Source: Rhodothermales bacterium
GTDB lineage: Bacteria > Bacteroidota > Rhodothermia > Rhodothermales > VXPQ01
Direction of reading: 5' to 3'
Length of the DNA: 64,000 bases
Assembly (NCBI GenBank): GCA_965223485.1
Contig: OZ244993.1
Location: 74,958 to 138,957, forward strand
How positions within the stretch are numbered: position 1 is the stretch's first letter; every line of letters begins with the position of its first letter. The notes below the pieces were generated by a model that saw only the letters and a program-made list of their open reading frames with translations, had not been told where the DNA came from and did no database searches. The translations under genes and the position numbers were made by a program. Positions 20,634 to 31,394 of this stretch are shown in pieces.

Positions 20634-21794
20634 ATGCTGATTCAATACATCCGACGTCACCTCCCACCTCTCCCTACGCCGCTCCGCACGGAACTTGAAC
20701 TCCCGCGCGAAGAGCAAGGCCGTGTGCTGGCCTTTGTGCTGCTTCTGCTACGCAGCGTGCCGCCGTTGCTCCTCGCCGCATTCGTCTTCAGTTTCTGGTG
20801 GGATGTGCCGATTGGCGACCGCACGTACTTCGGCATAACGTACCACTTCGAAAACCTGCTCCGCATCATCGCTGTAAGTGGATTGATCGGGTACCTCACG
20901 AACTGGCTGGCCATTACCATGCTGTTCCATCCGCGGCGGCGACGCCCCTTACTGGGACAGGGCCTCATTCCCGCTCAACGGGAACGCGTGATATACCGAC
21001 TGGCGAAGACCGTCTCCGACGAGCTCATCAATGAAGAGATCATCAAGGAAAAGATCGAGGCGTCGGGACTCCTCCAGAAATACCGTGAAATGGCATTCGC
21101 CGCAACGCGCAATATCATCGAGGACCCCGAGTTTCGTCGCGAACTGAAGACATTTGTGGCCCGCTACGTCAACGAGGCGCTCTCCTCGCCGGAAGTGCGC
21201 GATCGGATCGTAACCTTCATAGAAGAAAAAGTCCGGCTCCTGGCCGGCGGAGGCGTGGCAGGCCTTGCACTGCGCAGCTGGCGTTTCTGGAACCAGGACG
21301 ATTTACGGCGAAAGCTGGAAGAAGCAGTTCAGGACCTTCCTGCCTCGCTGGATACGATCCTGGACGAGTTGGACACTGTGCTCGACCGCCTTCCGGACAA
21401 AATCGAAGCGCGCTCCGAGGACATCGAGAACTGGTCTGCACGCATTGTCCTCGGGTTTATCGAACGGCTCGACATCTACGGCATGGTCGTGTCGAACATG
21501 CAAAAGTACAACGAAGACAAGCTGGAGGCGCTCATCCGGAACGCTTCGAACGAGCAACTCCGATACATCAAATACCTCGGAGGGGTGCTCGGCACTGTTG
21601 GCGGCCTGGTAATCTGGGAACCGTTCACGAGTCTGATCTTGTTTGTGGCCGGAGGCGGGTCCATATATGCACTGGACAGCCTGCTACTGATGCGATTCCG
21701 CGCCCGAGCGAATCGGCGCGCCGGCAAGGGACTCGACGGAAACGCCTCGAACGATCCGGGGCAGAACGGGACGAACGGCAACCTTCCTGCGTGA
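20634..21794 (+). CDS. DUF445 family membrane protein
   Basis: GLIGYLTNWLAITMLFHP, QGLIP, EQLRYIKYLGGVLG. Confidence 0.85.
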   Translation: MLIQYIRRHLPPLPTPLRTELELPREEQGRVLAFVLLLLRSVPPLLLAAFVFSFWWDVPIGDRTYFGITYHFENLLRIIAVSGLIGYLTNWLAITMLFHPRRRRPLLGQGLIPAQRERVIYRLAKTVSDELINEEIIKEKIEASGLLQKYREMAFAATRNIIEDPEFRRELKTFVARYVNEALSSPEVRDRIVTFIEEKVRLLAGGGVAGLALRSWRFWNQDDLRRKLEEAVQDLPASLDTILDELDTVLDRLPDKIEARSEDIENWSARIVLGFIERLDIYGMVVSNMQKYNEDKLEALIRNASNEQLRYIKYLGGVLGTVGGLVIWEPFTSLILFVAGGGSIYALDSLLLMRFRARANRRAGKGLDGNASNDPGQNGTNGNLPA

Positions 21795-22796
21795 TGCAAG
21801 GGATCGAACAGGCACTCGGGCATACGGAGCGCTTTCTTCGAAATTCAGAAGCGTTTCGAGCGTGCCCTTCATGGTGTCCTGCTCCATGAGCGCCGCTCGC
21901 AGCATGCCGGCGTTACGGAATCCCTTGAAATATCCTCCGTAATGCCGCCGCATCTCGAGCACTCCCTTCCTCTCGCCCAGCCATTCACATTTCAACACAA
22001 GATGCTCGGCCACCACGGCGAGACGCTCTTCCCATGTGGGCGGATCCATCTTCTCGCCCGTCTCCAGCCAGGCCTTCGTTTCCCGGAAAACCCATGGATT
22101 GCCGATCGCGCCCCGCCCGATCATCACGGCATCCACGCCCGTCTCGGCGAACATGTCCCGTATTTTGATCGGGTCCGTGGCGTCTCCGTTGCCAATAAGC
22201 GGAATGTCCTGCAACCCTTCCTCCCGGATACGGCGCAACCACTCCCAGCGGGCATCGCCCCGGTACATCTGACTACGTGTCCGGGCGTGTACGGCCAGCG
22301 CAGCAATGCCCGCTTCCTCCAGCATCCGCGCCACCTCTATGATCCGGATGGAATCGTCATTCCACCCAAGGCGCGTCTTGACCGTAACGGGCCGTGTGGC
22401 GCGCTCGATCACCGCTTCGGTGATCTCCAGCATCTTCGGTAGATTGCGCAGAATGCCGGCCCCGCCGTCCTTGCATACGACCTTGCGGACCGGACAGCCG
22501 AAATTGATATCGATCAGGTCCGGGTTGGCCCGGTCAACGAGGGATACCGCCTCCCGCACCTGTTCGACATCGCCGCCGAACAACTGAATGCCGACCGGTC
22601 GCTCCTCTTCATAGATGTCCAGCTTTTGCAGGGAATCTTTCGCATCGTAGACCAATCCTCCGCTGGAAATAAACTCGGTGTAGAGCAAGTCGGCCCCGTA
22701 CCGCTTGCACAGGATGCGGAACGGCGGGTCACTCACGTCCTCCATAGGCGCAAGAAACAGGGGATACCTGCCGAATTCGAGAGAACCGATGCGCAT
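21684..22796 (-). CDS. dusB: tRNA-dihydrouridine synthase B
   Basis: FLAPMEDVSD, YTEFISS, QLFGGD, IDINFGCPV, PVTVKTRLGW, HART, IGNGD, VMIGRGAIGNPW. Confidence 0.95.
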   Translation of the reverse strand: MRIGSLEFGRYPLFLAPMEDVSDPPFRILCKRYGADLLYTEFISSGGLVYDAKDSLQKLDIYEEERPVGIQLFGGDVEQVREAVSLVDRANPDLIDINFGCPVRKVVCKDGGAGILRNLPKMLEITEAVIERATRPVTVKTRLGWNDDSIRIIEVARMLEEAGIAALAVHARTRSQMYRGDARWEWLRRIREEGLQDIPLIGNGDATDPIKIRDMFAETGVDAVMIGRGAIGNPWVFRETKAWLETGEKMDPPTWEERLAVVAEHLVLKCEWLGERKGVLEMRRHYGGYFKGFRNAGMLRAALMEQDTMKGTLETLLNFEESAPYARVPVRSLASRRKVAVRPVLPRIVRGVSVESLAGAPIRSGAESHQ

Positions 22797-23024
22797 GGAC
22801 AGGCGAAAATAAGGAAACGAAGCGAAACGCGGCGGCGAAGAACAGGAATACCGACCAAAGATTTCCTCGCAAAAACGTAACCGGACCGCATGCGTTCCCG
22901 TAGCACAAGCGTAAGGCCGGCTTTTCATCCAGGCAAAAACCCGTACGGAGCCCTGCATGAAACCCTGTTGTCCGGAAAGCCTTTTGCCGAAACAACCCTT
23001 TGAAATCCCTCTCTCCTCGACGCC

Positions 23025-23309
23025 ATGCATAAACCAGTGCGCCGTCCCGTTCCTCTTGCAACTTCCGCACCGCTTGCGCTCGCTGCAACCCTTTTCCTTG
23101 CCGGATGCGGCCCGAACCTCTTCCAACGCGCCGGCAATTTCGGATCACTGGGGTGTTTCGGGGTCATCGTCGTTATCCTCGACATCATAGCGCTTGTCGA
23201 ATTGATCGGCAGCTCAAAATCCACCGGCAACAAAGTGGGCTGGGCCCTCGTTGTTATTTTCTTTCCGGTGCTGGGCTGTGTGCTGTATTATTTCTTCGGA
23301 CGGTCGTAG
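23025..23309 (+). CDS. Small membrane lipoprotein with PLDc N-terminal domain
   Basis: Lipobox FLAGC; DIIALVELIGS...KVGWALVVIFFPVLGCVLYYFFG. Confidence 0.75.
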   Translation: MHKPVRRPVPLATSAPLALAATLFLAGCGPNLFQRAGNFGSLGCFGVIVVILDIIALVELIGSSKSTGNKVGWALVVIFFPVLGCVLYYFFGRS

Positions 23310-23342
23310 GCATCTGGTCTGACGCCCCCTTACCGAAGACGT

Positions 23343-24044
23343 ATGAACCCGGACCTTTTGCCCACAACGCCGCCTTTCGCAGCGATCGTATTCGATATGG
23401 ACGGCGTGGTCATCGACTCCGAGCCGATGCACGACCGGGCGCACCGGATCATTTTCGGCCTGCACGATCTGCCCGTCCCGGCCGAAGCCTATCCTTCCTT
23501 CAAGGGCGTCCCCGAACGCAAACTGTTCCAACGGGTCGTGTCCGAATTCGGATCGGACGAACACGATGTGGACACGCTCACCGTATCGAAGGAAGAAACC
23601 TTCCTGGGTCTCCTGCCCGACATGCGCCTCATTCCGGGCGCACTGGATTTCATACGCCAGGCGAAAGCGCAACTGCGCCTTGCATTGACCACTTCCGCGA
23701 CAAGCAGATACCAGCGCTTCGCCTTCGACCGGTTCGAGTTGGACCGTTTTTTCGAGGTTATCGTCACGGCAGAGGACATACACCGCCACAAACCCGATCC
23801 CGAACCCTATCTGGAGACAGCAAAACGTCTCGGTCTGGCGCCGGAGATGTGCCTTGTTATCGAGGACTCAGTGAACGGAGTGCGGTCGGCGCACCGGGCA
23901 GGGTGTCATGTAGCAGGAATGACCACATCGTTCAGCGCCGGCGAACTCAAAGAGGCAGGCGCACATATCGTGGTGGATGCGTTCGGAGAACTGGCGGAAT
24001 GTCTCGGCATGGAAAGAAACGGCGCACCGGGCGCCACCGGCTGA
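23343..24044 (+). CDS. HAD family phosphatase (beta-phosphoglucomutase-like)
   Basis: FDMDGVVIDSE, TTS, HKPDPEPY, VIEDSVNG. Confidence 0.92.
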   Translation: MNPDLLPTTPPFAAIVFDMDGVVIDSEPMHDRAHRIIFGLHDLPVPAEAYPSFKGVPERKLFQRVVSEFGSDEHDVDTLTVSKEETFLGLLPDMRLIPGALDFIRQAKAQLRLALTTSATSRYQRFAFDRFELDRFFEVIVTAEDIHRHKPDPEPYLETAKRLGLAPEMCLVIEDSVNGVRSAHRAGCHVAGMTTSFSAGELKEAGAHIVVDAFGELAECLGMERNGAPGATG

Positions 24045-24075
24045 CAGGTCCCGGGGAAATCCTCTTACCGGCCGT

Positions 24076-25134
24076 CTACTCCATCCCGCGGTCGGCAAGA
24101 TATGCGGCGCCGCGCCCCTTGATGTTTTCGTCCCAGTACTGCATCCATTCGGGGCCTTCCCTGGCGAGACGTTCCCAATCAATCTCCATGGGTTTGATTT
24201 CCACTCCGGTCATCCACTCCGGAAGTTCCGAATCCGGGATGGTATTCCGAACCGGGATGCGATAGAACCGGTGCGCCTGATCGACAAGGGCGCTATCGGA
24301 CGTTACGAACTCATAGAACGCCCGTGCAAGCTCCGGATGGGGGCCACCAGCGACGAGCGCAATGCCGTCCGTAAGGACAGGCGTCCCGGAAGAGGGCGCC
24401 ACATAGCTGAAAGGATACCCGTTCTGCAACTGGATGTACGTATCCGGCATATTCCATAGCGTCACATCGCCTTCCTCGCGGGCCAGTTTGAGATAAAGCT
24501 GCGTCGGGTCGGCAGCATAGGTCTCCACGTTGCGGTCCAGACGGGCCAGCCATGCGTAGCCCTCCTCTACGGTGGGCTGCCGGAGAATCATCGCCCCGAA
24601 GATCGTCCGCATGGTACTGGAAGCCAGCGGATACCGGACGATAACCCGATCGCGCCATTGTTCTTCAAGCAGTTCATCCCAGTCCTGCGGGGGCGCCTCG
24701 CCCGTCAGTGCAAGAGAACGGGTATTGTACGTAACCACCTCCGGAGTCAGAAAGGTGCCGTACCACGTGTCCCCCGCCCCGGAGGCATGGGCGGGCGCTT
24801 CCCCGGCCCAGGATGGCGCATACGGATCGAGCAGGTCCTCCCGGGCCGCCCGGTCGAACGCCATGCCGGCGCCGCCCCACCAGACGCTGGCCTGCGGATT
24901 CTGCCGTTCGGTCCGGATCCGGTCGTACGCATCCTGCCCCCCCATGTCTATCCATGCGATGTCCACACCGGGATGACGAGCCTCGAACAACTCCTCATAG
25001 GCTCCAAGCATTTCCTTGCCGTGCGGCGAGTACACCAGTACGCGGGCGCGCTCGTCTTCGGGAGAACACCCGGTAAGCCATGCGAGCGCCGGAAGCAGAA
25101 ACAGCGTATACGGAAAAACGCGAAAAGTCTTCAT
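24076..25134 (-). CDS. ABC transporter substrate-binding lipoprotein (Fe3+/thiamine-like family)
   Basis: Lipobox LTGC; QASVWWGG, PQDWDELL, PLASST, TDGIALVAGGPHPELARAFYEF. Confidence 0.85.
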   Translation of the reverse strand: MKTFRVFPYTLFLLPALAWLTGCSPEDERARVLVYSPHGKEMLGAYEELFEARHPGVDIAWIDMGGQDAYDRIRTERQNPQASVWWGGAGMAFDRAAREDLLDPYAPSWAGEAPAHASGAGDTWYGTFLTPEVVTYNTRSLALTGEAPPQDWDELLEEQWRDRVIVRYPLASSTMRTIFGAMILRQPTVEEGYAWLARLDRNVETYAADPTQLYLKLAREEGDVTLWNMPDTYIQLQNGYPFSYVAPSSGTPVLTDGIALVAGGPHPELARAFYEFVTSDSALVDQAHRFYRIPVRNTIPDSELPEWMTGVEIKPMEIDWERLAREGPEWMQYWDENIKGRGAAYLADRGME

Positions 25135-25158
25135 AACAAAGCGTGCAAATGCAGCAAA

Positions 25159-27489
25159 TCAATGCTCTACGAGGCGCAATCCTGCGAATTTCAACATAAC
25201 CTTTTTCCGGCCCACTTCCCGAAAAGCAATAACAACTCTTGCCCGCTCGCCATGCCCCTCCACGGAAAGCACTTCTCCCTCGCCAAACTGCGGGTGATCC
25301 ACGTAACGCCCCGGGACAATGGCGCCCTCGCCCTGGTCGTAGACCACTGTACGGCCGCTTTCCTTGCGGGCGGGCGTAGCCAGGTTCTGCCGGTAATAAT
25401 GCGGAGCCATCCGGTCGTATGACGAACCTTCGGATGCGCCGGGAACCGCTTCGGGATCCGGCAGGAAGCGCCCCGCGTCCTGCCGGACAGGCTCTCCGGC
25501 TTCGGTGTGTACGACACTCCCGTCGATCTCGTCCAGGAAACGGCTGCGCACGCCCGGCGCCGAACTGCCGAAACGAAAGCGGGTACGGGCATAGGACAGG
25601 TGCAGCCGCTGCGCAGCGCGCGTAACGCCTACATAGAAAAGACGCCGCTCCTCCTCTACGGCGGTAACTTCATCAAGCGCCATGGATACGGGGAAGAGCC
25701 CCTCCTCCAGTCCGGTAACGAACACCACGGGAAATTCGAGCCCCTTGGAGGCATGCAGCGTCATAAGCGTTACACGCGACTCGCTGTCCATCTCGTCAAG
25801 GTCCGTCCGGAGCGCCGCCTCCTGCAGAAATGTACTGAGCGTACGCTCTCCAGGGTCTTCCGCGGTATACTCCGCAATAGCCCCGATCAACTCCTGAACA
25901 TTCTCCCAGCGCATGAGATTTTCAGGCGTCTGGTCCTGACTAAGGTGTTTGATCATGCCCGTTGCCTCCACGACGGAACGCGCAATATCCTCTGCCGGCG
26001 CCCCCTGTTCGACCTCTTCCATGTGCCTGCGTATCATCTCCCGGAACGCGGCGACGGCGCGTCCGGCCTGCGGTCCGAGCCCCACGGACTCAACCTGCTC
26101 GATCGCCTCCCAGACCGTACCGTGGCGCTCCTCCGCAAAGGCAACGAGCCGTCCGAGCGTCCTGTCCCCGATGCCTCGCACGGGGTAATTGACGATGCGG
26201 CGCAGGCTCGCCAGATCTCCGGGATTGACCAGGAGACGCAGATAAGCGAGGATGTCCTTCACTTCCTTTCGCTGGTAAAAGGACAGCCCTCCTACGATGC
26301 GGTACGGAACGCCTCCGCGGCGTAGCGCATCCTCGATCGAGCGGCTTTGCGCATTGGTCCGGTAGAGCACCGCAAAATGCTCGTAGCCGTATCCGAACCG
26401 GGCTTGCAGACTCCGGACCGCCCGCTCGATTTTCTGCGCCTCGTCCCGTTCCGATAGCGCCTCCATGAGCACGATGGGATCCCCCTCGGCGTTTTCCGTC
26501 CACAGTTTCTTTTCGAGACGGTCCCGGTTGTGTTCAATGATGGAATCGGCCAGGCGGAGGATACGACTGGTAGAGCGGTAATTCTGCTCCAGCCGCACGG
26601 TAACGGCTTCCGGATAATCGCGGCGGAAAGAAAGAATGTTGGCGATGTCGGCGCCTCGAAAAGCGTAGATGCTCTGCGCGTCGTCGCCCACGACGCAGAG
26701 GTTCCTGCGCCGGCCGGCAAGCAACTTCGCCAGCATGTACTGGGAACGGTTCGTGTCCTGATATTCGTCGATGTGCAGGTATGTCCAGCGCTCCCGGTAT
26801 TTTTCGAGCACATCCGGATACTGTTCAAACAGGGCAATCGGTTTCAGGAGCAAGTCGTCGAAGTCCATGGCGTTCGCGGTGCGAAGCGCCTCTTCGTAGG
26901 GGCCGTAGAGCTGCGCTGCTACCTGCTGTAACGGCCCGAAAGCGGAACGTGCATACTCGGCGGGAGGCATCATACGGTTTTTCGCACCGGACAGTATATG
27001 CCGGATACTGCGGGGACTATGCTGCTTCGCGTCAATCCGGAAACGTTCCATCAACTGGCGCAGAATCCGCTCCGAATCGTCTGTGTCGTAAATACTGAAA
27101 TCCCGCGCATAGCCGATCCGCTCCCCTTCCATGCGCATGAGGCGGGCAAAGATCGAATGAAACGTGCCCATCCACAGGTCTCGAGAGGCGCCGCCCGCAA
27201 GACGATCAATGCGGTCGCGCATCTCGCGAGCCGCCTTGTTCGTGAACGTCAGCGCAAGAATCTGCCAGGGTCTGGCGCGTTCCGTCGCAAGCAAATACGC
27301 AATCCGGTGCATGAGCATCCGGGTTTTGCCGGAACCCGGGCCAGCCACGACAAGCACAGGCCCCTCGGTCGCTCGCACCGCTTCCTGTTGCGAAACGTTC
27401 AGGCCGCCCAGAATAGCCTCAGCAGCCTCCCCGTTGGAAACGGATTGACCAGCGGAGGCAGGCGGGCGGGGGTAATCGGGAAAAGGCAT
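25159..27489 (-). CDS. pcrA: ATP-dependent DNA helicase PcrA/UvrD
   Basis: AGPGSGKT, TFTNKAAREM, DEYQDTN, VVGDDAQSIYAFRGA, LEQNYRS, YRTNAQSR, TLHASKGLEF, EERRLFYVGVTRA, Tudor-like tail HPQFGEG. Confidence 0.95.
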   Translation of the reverse strand: MPFPDYPRPPASAGQSVSNGEAAEAILGGLNVSQQEAVRATEGPVLVVAGPGSGKTRMLMHRIAYLLATERARPWQILALTFTNKAAREMRDRIDRLAGGASRDLWMGTFHSIFARLMRMEGERIGYARDFSIYDTDDSERILRQLMERFRIDAKQHSPRSIRHILSGAKNRMMPPAEYARSAFGPLQQVAAQLYGPYEEALRTANAMDFDDLLLKPIALFEQYPDVLEKYRERWTYLHIDEYQDTNRSQYMLAKLLAGRRRNLCVVGDDAQSIYAFRGADIANILSFRRDYPEAVTVRLEQNYRSTSRILRLADSIIEHNRDRLEKKLWTENAEGDPIVLMEALSERDEAQKIERAVRSLQARFGYGYEHFAVLYRTNAQSRSIEDALRRGGVPYRIVGGLSFYQRKEVKDILAYLRLLVNPGDLASLRRIVNYPVRGIGDRTLGRLVAFAEERHGTVWEAIEQVESVGLGPQAGRAVAAFREMIRRHMEEVEQGAPAEDIARSVVEATGMIKHLSQDQTPENLMRWENVQELIGAIAEYTAEDPGERTLSTFLQEAALRTDLDEMDSESRVTLMTLHASKGLEFPVVFVTGLEEGLFPVSMALDEVTAVEEERRLFYVGVTRAAQRLHLSYARTRFRFGSSAPGVRSRFLDEIDGSVVHTEAGEPVRQDAGRFLPDPEAVPGASEGSSYDRMAPHYYRQNLATPARKESGRTVVYDQGEGAIVPGRYVDHPQFGEGEVLSVEGHGERARVVIAFREVGRKKVMLKFAGLRLVEH

Positions 27490-27637
27490 ACGGTGCAAGG
27501 GAAAAAGCCGGCGGCGCGGAACGAAAGGCCTTATCGCAGAACAGAATACGGCGTCCAGCTCAGAACAAGATACCGCACTGCAGGCGCGTATTCGACCCTT
27601 TGCGTGTGAGATGCGCAGGAAGAAATGCAGCGCTCGG

Positions 27638-28135
27638 CTATGAAGCGGATTCTTCCAAATCCGCCAGCCGCACAAAGAACCGGCGGCGATCCATGGCCAC
27701 GACGCGCACGTTGCTTCCGGCCGCAATAAAATCCCCCTCCGTAACGACTTCGATGCGTTCCCCGTCGATGCGGGCTACGCCGGTCGGGCGCAAGGGCGTT
27801 ACCGCAACCCCGGTCTTGCCGAGATACTTTGCCCGGCGCTCATTTTCCCGGTCTTCTCCGGGCCTTTCTCCTGTAATCGTCGTGCCCAGTACGAATCGAT
27901 CCCAGGCTCCCGAAGTCCACATCCAGTAAAAAAGACCGCCTCCCGCCACAGCCGTACCCACAATGACATAGATTCCGCCAAGTAAACCGGATTCCGTGAA
28001 GGTATAGCCAATCGCGAAGAGAATGACGATGAAACCGAAAATGCCCACCACATTGAAGCCGGGCACGAGATAGACTTCCACGGCAATCAGACTGAGACCC
28101 ACAAGAATGAGCGCTATGGGAAGAAAAAATTCCAT
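27638..28135 (-). CDS. Short NfeD family membrane protein
   Basis: EVYLVPGFNVVGIFG; OB-fold GKTGVAVTPLRPTG...IEVVTEGDFI. Confidence 0.85.
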   Translation of the reverse strand: MEFFLPIALILVGLSLIAVEVYLVPGFNVVGIFGFIVILFAIGYTFTESGLLGGIYVIVGTAVAGGGLFYWMWTSGAWDRFVLGTTITGERPGEDRENERRAKYLGKTGVAVTPLRPTGVARIDGERIEVVTEGDFIAAGSNVRVVAMDRRRFFVRLADLEESAS

Positions 28136-28170
28136 GAAACAATCGGGGGGATGTTACGGGATGGAAAACC

Positions 28171-29583
28171 TCACGCGGTGGGAGGCGCCGTACGTACTAC
28201 CACGCGGCTACCACGCACCCGAATTATTTCTACCTCTGTTCCAGGCAAAACAAATTCCCCGCGCGTAACCACATCGATGCGTTCCCCCCCGATGTCCGCC
28301 ATGCCTGCGGGACGTAGCGGGGTCAGGGAAACGCCTGTCCGGCCGACCAACTCTTCCATGGATTCGGCCGAAACGTAGCCGGATGCGCTGGAAAGTTCCG
28401 GCGCCAGCACCAGTTGGCCAAATCGCTCCGATTTCGGAAGATACTTGCCGAGGGAAAACATGAGAACGATCAGCAGGACCAGTGTGGCCGCCATGGTGCC
28501 AACCGCGGGCGCCAGCGCCGCAAAAGGTGGAAACGAGAGCCCGACATTACCGATCAGGGCCGCAAAAAGCGAACCGGCTACAAGCACCAGCCCGCTGATC
28601 CCTGCCACGCCAAAACCCGGGATCACGAATATCTCGGCAAGCAGGAGCAACACCCCGATGCCGAAAAGCACGATTTCCCAGCTCTGAACGAGGCCGATCA
28701 TGTAGTGCGGCGCAAAAAACATGGTGGCGCCGACTGCGGCGATAGCCCCGGGGAATCCGACGCCGGGCGTTTGCAATTCAAAGTACAGCCCACCCATCAT
28801 CATCAGCATAAGCAGGGACTGCAGAACCGGCGAACTGAGAAACCGCAGCGCCCGTTCCAGGGTCGAGGCGCGGTGCGCCACCGAAGCGGTCGGAGCAAGA
28901 CCGGCTTGCTCCACCACCGCATCTATATCGGAAAGAATGGCGTCCGCAACACCCAGCCGAAGCGCTTCTTCGGAAGAAAGCGTCAAGACGCTACCGGCTT
29001 CAGATATCCCCTCGACTTCCAGGTCTTCATCCACCATGGCTTCAGCAATGCGCGGATCGCGCCCATTGGCTTCAGCAGTAGCCCGCATCAATCCCCGCAT
29101 GTAACTCTGATACTTGTCCGGCGCCGCTTCTCCCGAACCGCCCTCCACCACCGTGGCCGCTCCGATGGAGGCGCCCGGAACCATCACGATGCGGTCGTTG
29201 GCATAGGATATGAGCGCACCGGCGGAGGCGGCGTTCTTGTCGATAAACGCTACCGTGACCGGCTCGATGTCCAGGATCGTCTTGCGAATCTCATCGGCGG
29301 CATCCACCAGTCCGCCGAACGTATCCACGTGAAAAATGATCAGAGACGCACCTGCTGCTTCCGCATCGTCGGCAGCGCGGCCCACATACCGGGCCAGCAC
29401 ATTATCGATAGGGCCCCGGATCGGAACAATGTAAACAGGACCGTCGGCCAACGGCGCCTCGAACAGCGTGTCTGGAGACGATGAGGAAGTCTCTTGCGAC
29501 TGACCGGACGCGGGAGAAAACAGGCCGAACAGCAAGCCTGCCGCAAAAAGAAGCAGAACGAAGCGCCTTGCAAGGCTATTCAT
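28171..29583 (-). CDS. Long NfeD family protein (ClpP-like protease domain, membrane domain, OB fold)
   Basis: DTFGGLVDAA, NAASAGALI (Ser), APDKYQSYMR (Lys), ELQTPG, GRTGVSLTPLRPAG. Confidence 0.9.
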   Translation of the reverse strand: MNSLARRFVLLLFAAGLLFGLFSPASGQSQETSSSSPDTLFEAPLADGPVYIVPIRGPIDNVLARYVGRAADDAEAAGASLIIFHVDTFGGLVDAADEIRKTILDIEPVTVAFIDKNAASAGALISYANDRIVMVPGASIGAATVVEGGSGEAAPDKYQSYMRGLMRATAEANGRDPRIAEAMVDEDLEVEGISEAGSVLTLSSEEALRLGVADAILSDIDAVVEQAGLAPTASVAHRASTLERALRFLSSPVLQSLLMLMMMGGLYFELQTPGVGFPGAIAAVGATMFFAPHYMIGLVQSWEIVLFGIGVLLLLAEIFVIPGFGVAGISGLVLVAGSLFAALIGNVGLSFPPFAALAPAVGTMAATLVLLIVLMFSLGKYLPKSERFGQLVLAPELSSASGYVSAESMEELVGRTGVSLTPLRPAGMADIGGERIDVVTRGEFVLPGTEVEIIRVRGSRVVVRTAPPTA

Positions 29584-29660
29584 CGCGGCGCATAATTATG
29601 GAAAAAGGTACCTGACCGTCTTACGGAGATTCCTTGTAATAAGATTCATACCCGAGCCGC

Positions 29661-30194
29661 TTACCGCAAGACCGTATCGTCCCGTTCGAACGGCGTCCCG
29701 GCGGGTCTCAGGCCGTGTTTTGCAAAGGCCTCGTCGATCTCCGGCATGAATCCGGATCGAATCCGGCGGGTCAGATACTGAATCTTACTTGCCTTGCCGA
29801 ATACGTATTTTCGGAACGGATGCATGTAGATGCGCACATGATCGCGCCCCAGCGGAGTTACTTCCAGATAAACAGTGATCCTGTACATTCCCCACCGCCG
29901 CAATACGCGCTCCTTCGTTGCAATGGCGTGGGGCAGGTCGGTGGCTGTCGTATCCCATCCTGCTTCGTTCAGGGCGGCAACGATCCGTTCGGGGACGGTC
30001 GTTGCGCCGACACCCTCATCCGGTGCGATGCTGGACGGCTCGCCCGATGGGTTCACTGCTTCGGAAACGGCAACCACAAGGAGTGTGTCCGGCGGCGTAT
30101 CGTAATCCCGGTACAGGGGAGCAAGGGAGGGGGCGCATGCCGAAAGAAAAAGAGAAGCGCCGAGAAGCGCCGCCGGTGCGCATAATCGTTTCAT
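29661..30194 (-). CDS. Hypothetical lipoprotein
   Basis: Lipobox FLSAC after MKRLCAP signal; plausible coding composition. Confidence 0.65.
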   Translation of the reverse strand: MKRLCAPAALLGASLFLSACAPSLAPLYRDYDTPPDTLLVVAVSEAVNPSGEPSSIAPDEGVGATTVPERIVAALNEAGWDTTATDLPHAIATKERVLRRWGMYRITVYLEVTPLGRDHVRIYMHPFRKYVFGKASKIQYLTRRIRSGFMPEIDEAFAKHGLRPAGTPFERDDTVLR

Positions 30195-30289
30195 GATCCC
30201 TCGACTTGCGGAGCAAGGGTAGCGAACGTTCTTATACGTACGCATGAAAAGCAACGGGTATCTTCGCTGCAGCCGGCGCTATGCCCTGT

Positions 30290-31102
30290 TTATACCGCCA
30301 TGGTAGCAGCGTTCACACGCCTGCGCAGAAAATGCAGCATGATCCGGTTGAACGTCTCCGGATGTTCCAGCATCGGGGCATGGCCGCACTTCTCGACAAA
30401 ATGCAACTCGGCATCCGGAATGAGTTTCTCGAACTGCCTTGCCACATCCGGCGGCGCAATCGCGTCATTCTCCCCCCACACGAGCAGCGTCGGCACCTGT
30501 ATCTCGTGCAAGCGGGTACGAACGGTTTCGTTTTTCGACGCCCTTGCCATCTTGATCAGTCTGGTCACGCAGACCCGATCTGCGACGACTTCCAGCATCT
30601 CGTTCACCAGGTCTTCCGTCACATGTTTCTCCTCGTAGAAGGTGATGGCTGCCCGTTCCCGGATGAAGTTTGGATCATACCGACGCGGGCTGCCCGTTCC
30701 CATTTCCACCTCGTACAAACCCGAGGAACCGGTGAGTATCAGCGCACATGCACGCTGGGGGTGAGTGAGAATGTACAGGCTGGCGAGTTGCCCCCCCAGC
30801 GAGTTGCCAGCAAGCGTCATGAAATCAAGCCCCATCACGTCGAAGAATTCGTGCACGTACCGCACCAGCCCCTGCAAGCTGGTCTGATCCTTCGGAAGCG
30901 TGTATACCGGCAGCATGGGGGCGATGGTACGGTATCCGTTAGCCGCCACGGCGCGGACAGCGTCCGTCCAGTTCGTCAAATTCCCCAACATGCCATGCAG
31001 GAAAACAACCGGGGGGCGCTCCGTCACAGGCCCTTCCTCTATATAACGGAAGCCATCCCGCTCCCTGATTTTGTACAGGGATTTCTCTATAACAGTGTAC
31101 AT
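30290..31102 (-). CDS. Alpha/beta fold hydrolase
   Basis: FLHGMLG, GNSLGG nucleophile, VWGENDAI, CGHAPMLEHP. Confidence 0.9.
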   Translation of the reverse strand: MYTVIEKSLYKIRERDGFRYIEEGPVTERPPVVFLHGMLGNLTNWTDAVRAVAANGYRTIAPMLPVYTLPKDQTSLQGLVRYVHEFFDVMGLDFMTLAGNSLGGQLASLYILTHPQRACALILTGSSGLYEVEMGTGSPRRYDPNFIRERAAITFYEEKHVTEDLVNEMLEVVADRVCVTRLIKMARASKNETVRTRLHEIQVPTLLVWGENDAIAPPDVARQFEKLIPDAELHFVEKCGHAPMLEHPETFNRIMLHFLRRRVNAATMAV

Positions 31103-31394
31103 GCAGCCTGCATTCAATGACTCGCAACAATTTGTTAAGATACGGCGTAAAGCCTTACAATAAAAATGGCCCGGCGCACCTCTTGCTGTTCCCCGTTCGT
31201 GGAGTGCCGGCGCAGAAGCGCTGGAAAGTATTTCCCCCAGGCATTGCCCGGTATGTCTCGCATTCCGGCCGGGTCCTGGCTTGCCGGGTCGGAACTTCGC
31301 ACGCCGATCTGTGTAAATATTTGTTTACCTCGCAGGAACCCTGTAAACACGCTGCCAAACACTACTACCGTATCTACGACAGGAGATCGTCATT

